64,000 nt of DNA from the human T2T-CHM13v2.0 reference genome, Homo sapiens: NCBI GenBank assembly GCA_009914755.4, contig CP068257.2, positions 39,680,001 to 39,744,000 of the forward strand. Reading direction: 5' to 3'. How positions within the stretch are numbered: the first letter of the stretch is position 1; each line of letters starts with the position of its first letter. The position numbers were made by a program, and so were the translations under genes. Positions 25,961 to 39,259 of the stretch are shown in pieces. A model generated the notes under the pieces. The model was given only the letters and a program-made list of their open reading frames with translations. It did not search any database and was not told where the DNA came from.

Positions 25961-27489
25961 GTTTTTATTTTTTCCATTTTTCAAACGACTTGACACTGTG
26001 GACGATTTGGAAAAATAGGAAAAAGGAAAGGAGAAACCCATTATTTTGACCAGTCATCGCGTTTCTTGCAGTCTGTCTTAGCTGCGCCTCTGTCCTCTGT
26101 CACTTTCCTGTCACAGACCATCTCGGGTCCTGGTGTCCACTGCCCTGGCCTCTGTCACACATGCCCTTTCTAATTGGTTTTGCGGGTCTCCTCCTATAAT
26201 CTGAAGAACATGGATTCCTCCTGGAGCGACGTAGCCTGGCTGTGTAAAATGGCAGGTTCAGAAGTGGGAAGTTCTCTGGGCCTCTTCGGTAGATCACTTC
26301 CTGTTCCTGGATCCCAGGTCCTCTGTAGTGAGGGTGTTGGACTGAACCATCGCCATTCCTGCCAGCGCCAGCATTCTGGCTGTGATCACACTCCAGCAAG
26401 TTCTAAATGCTCTCTTTTCTGCACCATTCCCAAATGTAGGAAAGCCGCATTTTAAGATTTTTGCCTCGTGTAAAATATTCATATTTTCCTTAAAAACTAT
26501 AAATGACACTGTTTTCGATAACTTGTGTGGATTGTAGGAGAGATATGTATCTCCTCCCTTAGGGCACCGACTTTCATTATAGCTATTCTGGAAAAGTGTT
26601 TTCTATTATTTCTGTATTGTATAATTATTATTTCCTGGTGACTTATGGACAATACTGAATATGATTACATTGCTTTCCCTCAGCCAGGACTTTTTCACAT
26701 CCGGACCTCATGATTCACTCATGAGCTGTGGGGTCCTTTCGTAGGAAGCTTCGAGATGACACCAGGTTTGTATTTATCCAGGTGTATTTGATTGTGGAGA
26801 AGCTGCCCAGGGAACTCAGAGATGCCTCACTTTTGATTTTATGAGCTAAAGATCAGGAGACATTATTGGAGTGGGCCTTGCCCTGGACGCTTCTGTCCAG
26901 TGCTGGGTTTGTTTCAGGCAGACGTTCCCAGGAGGGACATTCAGACTGAATGGGAGGAGCAAGTTGAGCTGCCGCCATGCCTTCGCCTGCAGGGCCTGGT
27001 AGTGGGTATCGTAATACCTTGAAGTGGGCATTGGCCTGTGGACCGTCAAGGCCGGTTACGCTGCACTCCTGCTGTGGTGTTTCAGAGTGGTCCTTCCTAG
27101 CCCTTCTGCCAAAAAGGCTCAGTGCACAGGACAGTGATGACAGTGGACACTGAGGCCAGCAGAGCCTGGGATCCCAAAGGCAGTGAGTCCCAAAATACTG
27201 ACCATCCACCCTCATCTCTCCTGGCCTCTCAAGTACAAAAGGTGTGGGTGTGGCCTTCATGGTGAGGTGATCTGAATACATATTGGTAAGACAGCAGTGA
27301 AAACAGCTTCCCTGTCCTCGTTCAGGTTGAAGGAAATCCCGTCAATAGACCTGGGTCCTAGGGCCTGAGATTGCCCTTTTTAGGTGGCCCTTGGACTGGA
27401 GGGAGGGAGAGAGCCCTAAAATCCTCCTACCTGTAACCCAGTGTCATATCCATTTGGTTTCAGTATTACTTTCTTTCTGGCACCTTTTA

Positions 27490-27787
27490 AATGTTTATTG
27501 TTTACAGACAGGGTCTTGCTCTGTAGCCCAGACTGAAATGCAGTGGTATGATCATAGCTCACTGCAGCCTTGAACTTCTAGGTTCACGAAATCCTCCTGC
27601 CTCAGCCTCCTGAGTAGCTGAGAGTGCAGGCACATGCCACCATGCCCAGCTAATTTTTTTAAACTTTTTGTAGAGATGGTTGCCTATGTTGCCTAGGCTG
27701 GTCTTGAACTCCTGGCCTCAAGTTGAACTCCCGGGTTCCTTAGCTTTCCAAAATGCTGAGGTAACAGGTGTAAGCCACTGCACCCAG
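27490..27787 (-). mobile_element. Alu, antisense
   Basis: 'acagacagggtcttgctctgtagcccagactgaaatgcagtggtatgatcatagctcactgcagcc...gctgaggtaacaggtgtaagccactgcacccagc'. Confidence 0.9.
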
Positions 27788-28429
27788 CTTCTGGCTCTTA
27801 AGTGAAGCAGCCAGGACCCTCCTGAGACCCCTGTGGATCTGAGAGTGGGGATTGGCTGGGACATGTGTACATGTACCCACACACATGCACACAGAGGCAG
27901 ACACGCTAGAGGTGAGTCTCTTAGGAGAAAGTTCACTAGCTTTCCCCCTGTGCTAAGAACGGCCTTTGCTCTAACACTCATCCTGTCTGCTGGGCAGCAA
28001 GCACAGTGGAGGAGATTTCCGTGAGCTGATGATGACTTTATTACCTTACAGGGAAAGGCAGGATCCTGGTTTCAAAATCTCAGAAGTGTTCCTGGACTCT
28101 GTGCTTCCTCCCCCACCTCTGAAGCTGCTGGGTCTCCTCCCATCGGGGCAGGCCCACTGGGGCTCCGCGAGTCATCTTAGTGGAAGCCCTGGGCTCCTAA
28201 GCTTTCTTCTTCCCAAGTGTGTCCCAGCTTCAGCGCTGATTCTTCCCTACTGCCTGGTGTCTGAGCCTCTGTCTTGACAGGCTGCCTCAGCTCCTGCCCA
28301 TCCTGCTTTCATCCCCAGGACTGAGCTCTGATTGCTGGTGTCCAACCCACAGAGAGGCTGTGCCACAGCTCGCCCGGTGCTATGTTGGGGCTGAATTGTG
28401 CCTTCCCCCTGCCAACCCCCCAACCCCAT

Positions 28430-29075
<646 letters not shown>

Positions 29076-30477
29076 TGCCTGGATTTTGTCTGTCACCTCC
29101 TGGCTACTATGTCCTGCCCTCCCTCTAGCGGCTGGGATACTTCCATGACTTTGTGCTAGACCTGAGCACAGGCTGCTGGTTCAGCTCATCACCCATCTTC
29201 TGATGATGTCCCGATCCCAGTGCTGGCGGCTGGATCTGCCTCCCACCCAGGAGGTGGTTCAGACTCTAGATCATGGCTTCTCCCAGCCAGCTGCATGCTG
29301 CACTCCAGATTGTCCCCAGCCTAGAGGTCATTGGATGCATCCCTCACCCAAAGCACAGATACTCTCTAGTCTTCCTGGGAGTCCTGAAAAGTGTCCCGGA
29401 AGAGAGCTCCCTGCCGCATCAGGACCCGCCATGGGCTACCCTTCTTCTTGTGAGGACACTTGGCTTATTTATTCTCCGTTTTCTTCTCTGTCGTGTCCAC
29501 ATGTTTGTTTTTGTTCAGCTGGGGCCACAGTTACCTATTCCTTCATGTAGCTGCTTGTTACACATTCAAAAGGTAAATAATGTTCCTTTTCAGCCTTCTC
29601 CAAGCTAAACAGCAGCTTGTTGCTCAGGATCTCAGGTGTGGCGTGTTGTCTAGAAGAGCCCCTGAACATTGTCTGGTTAGCCAGTTTCCTTCTCCAAATA
29701 CAACACTTGGATGAAACAGTCCAGCTACGACCCACATGCACAGAATACAGGGCACGGCCTTTTCCTTTGAACGTGTTCTGCTGCTGTCTTAGCCCACTCT
29801 GCACTCTGTTCATCCAACAGAATTTTCTGGAAAATCAGCGACCCACGCGGTGTCACAGGCATGCTGGGTGGCCCTGGAGGGAAGCATCTGTGGTGTCTGT
29901 GTGGGCGCTGTGGCTGGGCTGTGTAGGGGAGAGCACCCTCTAGGCAGAGATCACTCCTGCAGAGGAGTGAGCCCGGGAGTGCAGCGCCCGCAGGTGGCTG
30001 AGCACAACCGTTGGCGCAGCTGCGGGAGAGGGGCCTGCAAGCCTGCACCTGTCTCATTTTGTTTTCTGTGTCTGGTTTATCTGCTTTGAGATGACCTTCC
30101 AGTCCTGAAAACTGCACTGATCACACTGCCTTGGGCCTCTCCCCAGAGGAAACCACCTGTGCTTACTAGTCTAACAATCTTAGCAGTTTGGAAATTCGAA
30201 ATTTAAAAATGGTGTTGAAATATGCACTCAAAAAAGCAAAACAAAACCAAACCCCAAGGCTAACCAGAAACATCGCGTTCTATCCCCATGGCTCCCTCTG
30301 CTGAAGCGCTGGGCCTCCAAGCAATAGCACACGCTGCCTTGGCGCAGCATAGCCGGTGCATGGGTCGGGGACAGCTGCGCTCCTGAGAAAGGAAGGATGA
30401 TCTCTAGGTGCTGGAAGTCAAGCTGAGGTCCAGAACTGCACCCCGGGTGGGGCCCATTGTCAGGCCCTTCAGACTTG

Positions 30478-30590
30478 ACATTCCCTTCTCTTCCTTTCCT
30501 TTTTCCTCCTTTCCTCATTTCCCCTTCACTTCCTTCCTTCTTTCCTCCCTGTCTCTCTCCCTCCTTCCCTCCTTCTCTTACTTCTTAGGA
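30478..30590 (+). repeat. Polypyrimidine (CT/TTCC-rich) low-complexity tract in FAM3B intron 1
   Basis: 'cttctcttcctttcctttttcctcctttcctcatttccccttcacttccttccttctttcctccctgtctctctccctccttccctccttctc'. Confidence 0.9.
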
Positions 30591-31516
30591 CTGTCCCTAT
30601 TAGCACATATTTAAATGCACTGGGCACATACCCCAGTACCCATCCTACTCAGGGCCTGTGGTTATCCCTGCATCGTAGCAATCTGGGTAAGCAAACTGCT
30701 GAATAAGTTCTGATCTATGCTATATTTAGGGAGCAAACTCTAAAAGCCCTGGCCATGGGTTGCCAATGAAAAGACAGAGAGCCACCCCCCAGGCCTCTGG
30801 TGACCCAGGAGGAGATCAATGCCTTTTCCTTGGAAATCGTGCCACTCATGTCAAACAAGAGAAGTAAGATATTGTTGCCAATCAACCAGAAAGATATCTC
30901 CACGGACTTTCTGTCACTGGGAACCTTGACTGGCCCAGCAGGCACATCCGTGATGATAGAACAGGTTTGGGGACTTTTTCCCAGTATTACGGGGCCAGGC
31001 CTTGATCCAGCAGGAATACGTTGCATGCTTGCTGGGCATCGGCTACTATTCCCAGTGCTGGTGATATGGAAATCAACAAAACAGACAGAGCTTTACCCCT
31101 GAAGGTTTCAATGTAATTGCAGGAGCGTGCTCAAATCCAGTTGTGTCTCACAAAGGGAATGAGGCGCTTTTGTTTTTTCAGGTTCACGTTGGGCATGCTG
31201 GCTCACAAGGTGCTTGATTAGCTGCTTTGACATAAACGTTCAAGGACGTTTGTTGGTTAAGTTAAGACCTAAACCAACAGCAAATACAACTTGCCCTGGT
31301 AAGCATTCCTGTCTTGTTTGTATTCTCTGATACTGTCTACTTCAAAGGTCCTGACACCGCCTCCCACCCTGGGAGCCTCCTCCCAGGAGCACAGTGCCTA
31401 TAGCGCAGTCCCCTGACACTGGGCCGGGATGAAAAGCCACAGGGGGGATGGGGAGGGCCAAGGGCCAGGGCCGCCACCAAGTCGTTCACAGCAGCTGCTT
31501 GGTGTCCTCTCTGCAG

Positions 31517-31660
31517 GCCTGCTCAAGGTGGTGTTCGTGGTCTTCGCCTCCTTGTGTGCCTGGTATTCGGGGTACCTGCTCGCAGAGCTCATTCCAGATG
31601 CACCCCTGTCCAGTGCTGCCTATAGCATCCGCAGCATCGGGGAGAGGCCTGTCCTCAAAG
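31517..31660 (+). CDS. FAM3B: FAM3B coding exon 2 (signal peptide/N-terminal region: ...LLKVVFVVFASLCAWYSGYLLAELIPDAPLSSAAYSIRSIGERPVLK)
   Basis: Acceptor 'ctctctgcag|gcctgctcaagg' and donor 'ctcaaag|gtgagtgcc'. 144 nt, and the translation matches FAM3B. Confidence 0.92.
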
Positions 31661-32489
31661 GTGAGTGCCGTGCTTGGGGCAGACGGCTGCCTTCATGGCT
31701 TGTGTGCAGAGGGAGGAGTGGTGGTTTCTGTCCCAGCTGGAGGCTGGGGGGCCCTGACGGCTTTATATCAGGAAGGAGGAGGAGAGAAGCATTTTGCAGT
31801 TACTCATTTAGGTCCCACGCCATTCCAAGGCACGTGCCGCTGCTGACCCCATGTGAGACTAGAACAGTGTGGCTTCTGGTTACCAGCACAAACCTGCAGC
31901 CAGACCTTGAACTGTGCTCTTTCCGCCCAGATCTTGGCTTCCTCCCCTGGGAAGCACAGGAGGGTCCAGGTTCTGAGATCCCGAATCATTTTAAGGTTTC
32001 TGTCGGACTGAAGAGCTGTTGGAAAATCTTCTGTAAAGTCTTGGGAAGCAAAAGCTAGTAATTGAGTAGATGTGAAAGAAAGGGCAGACATTGTATGTCG
32101 GTGAACACACGCCCTCAACCATCAGCTTAGGAAAGGCCCAGCTCTCTGTAGGGCGGCTGCTTTCTGTCCTTCCCCACAATCAAGGTGGGTTTTCTGAGAG
32201 CCTGCTGTGTGCTGGGCATGTCCAGGAGCTAAGGAGAGACGGAGGACAAGCCCACGAGGTCCCTGCCCCTTTGGCACTGATACCCTAGTGAGGGGAGGTG
32301 ACAGCTTAACGCATGAACAAATGAGATTCGAGAGAGGATGGGTGGGGAAAGCCTCTGAGAAGGAGGTGACAATTGAGAAGCATCTCAGTGAAGCAAGGGA
32401 GTGGGCCATGCTGGGTTCTGAGGGCTGTGTGCCAGTTTGGGAGCATCATGACTTAGTCTACCCAGATTACTGTAAGAGAACACCATAGA

Positions 32490-32760
32490 CTGGGGGCCTT
32501 ATAAACAACGCATTTATTTCTGACAGTGTTGGAGGCTGGGAAGTTCAAGATCAAGGTACCCGCAGATTTCATGTCTGGTGGAGACCTGCATTCTGCTTCA
32601 TGGATGGCTCCTTCTGGCAAACGAGGTCTCTGAAGCTCCTTTTATAAGGGCACTACTCCCATTCCTGAAGGCTTCATCTGCCAAAGGCCCCACCTCCTAA
32701 CACCAGCACTCTGGGGATTAGGTTCCAACATATGAATTTCAGGGGGACACATTCAGTCCA
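32490..32760 (+). mobile_element. Unclassified interspersed repeat (LTR/MaLR-like 'ataagggcact(a)ctcccattc...aaaggccccacctcctaacacc...ggggattaggttccaacatatgaattt' family)
   Basis: The sequence matches a high-copy human repeat family I recognise but cannot name with certainty. Confidence 0.4.
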
Positions 32761-33355
32761 CAGCACATGAGTTGCAAACTGGGGGCCCAGAGACAGACCT
32801 GTCAGAGACAAGATTTGTCTAAAAGCAAAACACATAAAATATGGACAAGTATTTCAAAATCAAGAGATCTCCCATAAAACTCCATGTTAGAGCATCTCTT
32901 GAAACAGTAGAAGCTCTGATACCCCAGGCCCTCATTCCTGCAAGGCCATGATCAGCCACAGCTGGGCAGGCTGTGGTTACACAAGGGCGAGAGTATGGCC
33001 AGGACCAAAGGGATTCATCCAGTGGCCAGTAAAGTCACAGGAACAGGGAAGAAACAAGGAAAACGAGGTCCTTGTGCTTTATACATAGATTATCTGTAAG
33101 TCACACTGATCACTATGTTCTTTACTTCCTGGTTTCAATCTTATTTTACAATACACATTCTGGGACAGACTGAATTATCGCCGAAGGAAATGCCTACTGT
33201 GAAAGTCCATTTATTTATTAATTCAGCAGGTATATTTAGTAACAGCATCCCTCTCTGGGCCGTGGTCTGAGTGCACGTGTTTTAAGGTTCATCCTTTACT
33301 TCTAAGAACCTCAGAGTCTACTAGAGAAGAACTTAAAAGCCAAATCATAATGTTA

Positions 33356-33997
<642 letters not shown>

Positions 33998-36099
33998 TCA
34001 GGATCTTATTTCATGACTCAATATTTCTAGTGACTTTGCATGGATCTCCTACCCTCTGGAATAATCTTCCTCATTTATAGGAGTTAAAATGAGATCATAG
34101 TTCCCAAATCAGGAAGTATTTTTAAAAGACAGATTCCTGGACCCCACTCTGGGAAATTCAAAGCTCCCTAGGTCCAGGGTGGAAGCCAAGAACCTGTATT
34201 TATTTTAATTTGTTTTAAAACTTGGCTTCATACAGAGCCAAATTTGATCATCCTGGAACTAAACGGTCACTATGGTTTCTTTTAAATCTAAGGTTCTTTG
34301 TGATTTGTATCTAAATTTCATAAAACCTCCTCTCCACCCTTCCAAGTCCCAGTCTACATATTCCTGTGGTTACAGCATATGTGGGGAAAGCCACCAGGAG
34401 AGTCCGGACGCAAGGCTGTGCGAGCTCTATAGCTGGGTTCTCATTGCTGTCGCTACTTTCAGAGCTGGGTGAAGCAGCTATTGTATTATAAACCAGGAGC
34501 TGCTCGTGAGGATGAGGAACCAGGTGGATTTTCCTCAGCAAGAGAATAATTTCTCAGACTGAAACTGATAGCAGAAGGCTGACTGCATCCTAGGGAATGG
34601 TGTTGCTGCTGGAGGCTTTCAGTCTTAAACAAACCAGCTTTTCATGAGGCATAAGAAACAGGAGACTAAATAGAAGGTCCGCCGTTCTCCCTGGCTAGGA
34701 CACTGGCTTCTACGTAAGCCACATGAACTTTACCTTTTGATTGTTTGGGGGAAGGAATTTCAGGAAAAGCACTGAAGACCTAGATGTGGTTCTCCAGGCA
34801 GGGTTTGGAAAGAGCTGTGTTTTCCCAGGAGCTGTGTCCACCCTCCAATCCCACACTGAGTTAGGAACATGGTCTTCTTTCTTCATTCACGTGGTGACAC
34901 ATTGTGCTTCTGGGAAACGGATGGGGGACTCAGAAAGCTACTGACTCTTTTTTTAAATGACACATGGGTTCCCTGCCCACTCCCAGGCCCTGTGAGGAAA
35001 CACAAATGCCCATCTGTGTGTCACCCATAGTCACTAAAGCCACATACTCCCTGGAGGATATGAGGCACATCAAACACCTCCCTTCTGGAAAGCCCTCCTG
35101 CGCATGTCCACACGAAACAGGACTCTCACTTTGCAGAGCGCCAGGGGCTGCAAGTCTAGAAGCTGGGGAGGAGGCCATGCTCATGGCTGACGGGCTGCCA
35201 GGCCCTGGCGTGGGGACCTGCTCGTTCTGCTGCCGATCCCGTAGGGGAAGTCCCTGGGGAGAGCATCCCTATGGGACCCCCACAATGGCCCCGCTGGAGA
35301 CGCCAGCACCAGCCCTTTGGGTGAGTGTCCTGGGTCCAAGGGTGGGAGTGCTGGGCAGGCCTGTGTAGTAGGCCTGTGTACCCTGAGCCCCAGCCCCTGA
35401 GGCAGGAGGAGGAACAGGAACAAGTTAGGCTAGAACCCAGCCCACTGTTCTGCACCTGGGGCCCTTTTCACCCAAGCTCCTCGTTTCCCTTCACCTAAGT
35501 TTAGCAGCTGCTGCCTCTGCCTTGGGAACCTGTCATGGGATTGAGGCCAGGCCTGGTGCCCTTTGATCATTGCGAAGGCTCCCAGTGCCTGTTGGTGCCA
35601 GAGCCACGGAAAGCCAGAAAACAAAGAATGAGGATGTCAGGTGGGAGGAAGGCCCGGGTGCCCTGTGGCCCTTCAGCCTCCCAGGGTGCTCTTAAAAGAA
35701 ATATTTAATGCATCTGAAATAAACTTTACCTGGAAAACATTTACTGCTAGTTTTAGAATGAAAAATGTATTTTTAGGTCAAAACTGTTATTCGATATGTT
35801 TGCAGTCACAGCCCTTAGCTAAATCACAAACCACGGATTCTTTTATAAATCTTTCCACCATTTCTGGAAAGAAGTACTCCTTGGCTTTGTTATTCTCTCC
35901 TCCCTTATTAATTAAAGGTTTAACTTTGAATTTAGGCTTAACTTCTCTGTGCTTCCTGTATTGCTTTTGAGGCTTATTGACCAGAACGTGTGACTTGCAC
36001 AGGAGCCAGAATCATCCCAAAGGTTAGTAGAGGTTGGAGAAATATGAGGACCAGATATTTATACCAGTTTAGTTGCAAAGAGACCCTGCCTTATTCACC

Positions 36100-36330
36100 T
36101 TGCATTCCCATTTCCATTTGTCTTAAGATATTTTTTAATTTCCTTTTGATTTCTTCTCTGACCCATTGGTTGTTCGGGAACATGTTGTTAAATGTCTGCA
36201 TATTTGTAGATTTCCTGAAATTACTCTTGTGATTAATTTCTAGTTTCATACCCTCATGGTGGGGATCTTCTCTTTGCCTCGTTTGTGGAGTCTTCAGACC
36301 ATTTGCTCACTTGTAATAGTTCAGCTGGCT
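36100..36330 (-). mobile_element. L1 fragment (antisense)
   Basis: '...gacccattggttgttcgggaacatgttgttaaatgtctgcatatttgtagatttcctgaaattactcttgtgattaatttctagtttcataccctcatggtg' is an antisense L1 5'-region motif. Confidence 0.65.
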
Positions 36331-37117
36331 TTACCACAAAGTAAAACTACCTTTTCTATCTTCCCTTGCTACCTCTTGTGCTAAGCTGCTGCCATACTGT
36401 TGTCCTAATGACCACACCCTCCAGGATGCAGAGGTGGTTTTATCTTTTAGGAGCCATCAGGGCCGTGGATGTGGCATGCCATCCACCTCTGTGAGTAAGT
36501 GCACCACACCTGTCAGCATGCACAGTGGGTCCGTATAGAGGCGCGAGTCCTCTTCACCCTCCAGCTGAGAGGATTCTGTATCTAGTTTACTCCGTGCAGC
36601 ATCCTGATGATGACAAGAGGAGCTGGAAGTGTTTCTGAGACACAATTCATAAGTTTCTGACAGCAGGGCCTGGTTAAACGAACCATGGAGCTGTCTTGCT
36701 GAGAACAGCACTGCCCACGGGAAAGTGGACAGGTCTGTGCGCTTGTGAAGGGAACAGGTCACGTACACTAAAGGGGAGCGCGGGCTCCAGGGAGGATTCC
36801 TGAGTATTCCCACTCATGTATTCTCTCTGAATTGAGTACCCATACACAGGGTGTCTGCAAAGTTGGAAACCAGGACACACCTACTTTTAAACTGTTAGTT
36901 ACATTTTCAAATGCTATATTCAACGTGTTTTCAGGCGAATACCTAGGTAATGAGTATAATTATTAAATTGAAAAAAGGTACTAAAGACAGAGTGTCCAAA
37001 AATCTAGAAACACTGGAAAAAATAGTCCATTTATAGCACGTTTTCATATGAGCAATTGGACGTTTGCTTTAAATTTGGGTATCTGGAGACTGACCAAAAA
37101 AAAAAACATTAAGTTAA

Positions 37118-37288
<171 letters not shown>

Positions 37289-38167
37289 TAAGAAGAATAA
37301 ATTAAAACAGGGAGTGGGGCTAGGTGGTATTGGGGTGAGCTGGAGTGTTGAGATGAGACGGGGCAGTCAAGGAGGAAGGTCTGAAGGAGGGGAGCCAGCC
37401 TGCAGGGTTGGTGTGAGCACTCCCAGGAGAGCTCTGTGTTTTCACCTACTGGGGACGGAGGACTGTGGTCACCAAAAAAACCCAGACCACGTCCAGCTCG
37501 GCCCTGGCAGCTTGCTCTGATGTCGCAGCACTTCTGTGTGCCCAGTTTTCTCCAGCAGGCCCTTCCAGCACCAGTGCTGTTCACCCTGGTCATGATAGCT
37601 TTTATCTTTAATTAATTCGTTGACAGCATGTGTTGATATACGTATACGTTGTGGAATGGCTGAATCAAGCCACTTAACATGCATCACCTCACATATTTAG
37701 CATTTTTATGCGATGAAAACACTTAAAATCTACTCTCATGGTGATTTTCGTGTATACAATACAGTAGTTCCCCCCACTTATCTGTGGTTTTGCTTTCTCT
37801 GATTTCACTTACCCTTGGCCATTCACAGTCCAAATATACTAAATGGAAAACTCCAGAAAAAAGCAATTTATATGTTTTAAATTGTGTGTCATTTTGATTA
37901 GTGTGATGTAATCTCACACCTTCTCGCCTTGTCCTGCCTCATCCCACGGGGGACGTGAATCCTCCCTTTGTCCAGCATCTCTGTGCTGCACACACTCCCT
38001 GCCTATTAGTCACTTAGGAGCCAGCCTGGTCATCAGATTGACTGTCACAGTATCTGTGTTCAAGTCACCTTTATTTTACTGAATAATGGCTCCACAGAGC
38101 AAGAGTAGAGGTGCTGGCAACTTGGATACGCCAAAGAGAAGCCGGAAAGTGTTTTCTTTCTTTTTCC

Positions 38168-38483
<316 letters not shown>

Positions 38484-38729
38484 TGAAAAGGTGAAAGCTC
38501 TTGATTTCATAAGGAAAGAAAAAAATCATTTGCTGAATTTGCTAAGAACTCCAGTAAATACAGTAAGATATTTTGAGAGAGACCACATTCACATAACTTT
38601 ATTAGAGTTAGTTGTTGTTAATTTCTTACTCCAACTAATTTATAAATTAAACTATATTGTTAATTGTTGTTAATCTCTTACTCTGCCTAATTTGTAAACT
38701 AACCTTTATCATAGTTATGTCTGTATAGG

Positions 38730-38960
38730 AAAAAAAAAAAAAAAAAACATAATACAGGTACAGCATCCCAAATCTGAAAACACACAATCTGAAATGCTTC
38801 AAAATCCAAAACTTTTTGAGCAGCGACATGACACTCCAAGGAAATATTCATCAGAGCGTTTTGGATTTTGGATTTTCAGGTTGGGGGATGTTCAACTGGT
38901 AAGTATAATGCAAACATTCCAAGATCCAACAAAAATTTGTAACACTGCTGGTCCCAAGCA
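38730..38960. mobile_element. Palindromic MITE-like DNA-transposon relic preceded by a poly-A
   Basis: Near-palindrome 'catcccaaatctgaaaacacacaatctgaaatgcttcaaaatccaaaactttttgagcagcgacatgacactccaaggaaatattcatcagagcgttttggattttggattttcaggttgggggatg'. I recognise the family but cannot name it. Confidence 0.4.
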
Positions 38961-39259
38961 TTTTGGATAAGGTATACCCAACTGGTATATATAGGGTTCT
39001 GTACTATTTGTGGCTTCATGCATCCACTCGGCATCTTGGAATGTACCCCTTGTGAATAACAGGAGGACCACTGTATATTGTTATTAACTGTAGTCACCAT
39101 GATGTGCAATGGATCTCTTGAACTTATTCCTCCTGTGTAGCTGAAACTTTGTACATTTTGACCAACATCTTCCCAAACCCCTGAACCTCTGGCCACTGGT
39201 AAGTACCATTCTCCTCTCACCATCCTGCTCTTTGCTTCTATGAGTTCAACTTGTTTACA

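Noticed and set aside
24838-26041. 228-aa plus-strand and 200-aa and 132-aa minus-strand ORFs around the FAM3B promoter
   Set aside because: GC-rich CpG island artefacts. Only 19 nt (25474-25492) is real coding, as shown by the in-frame splice to exon 2.
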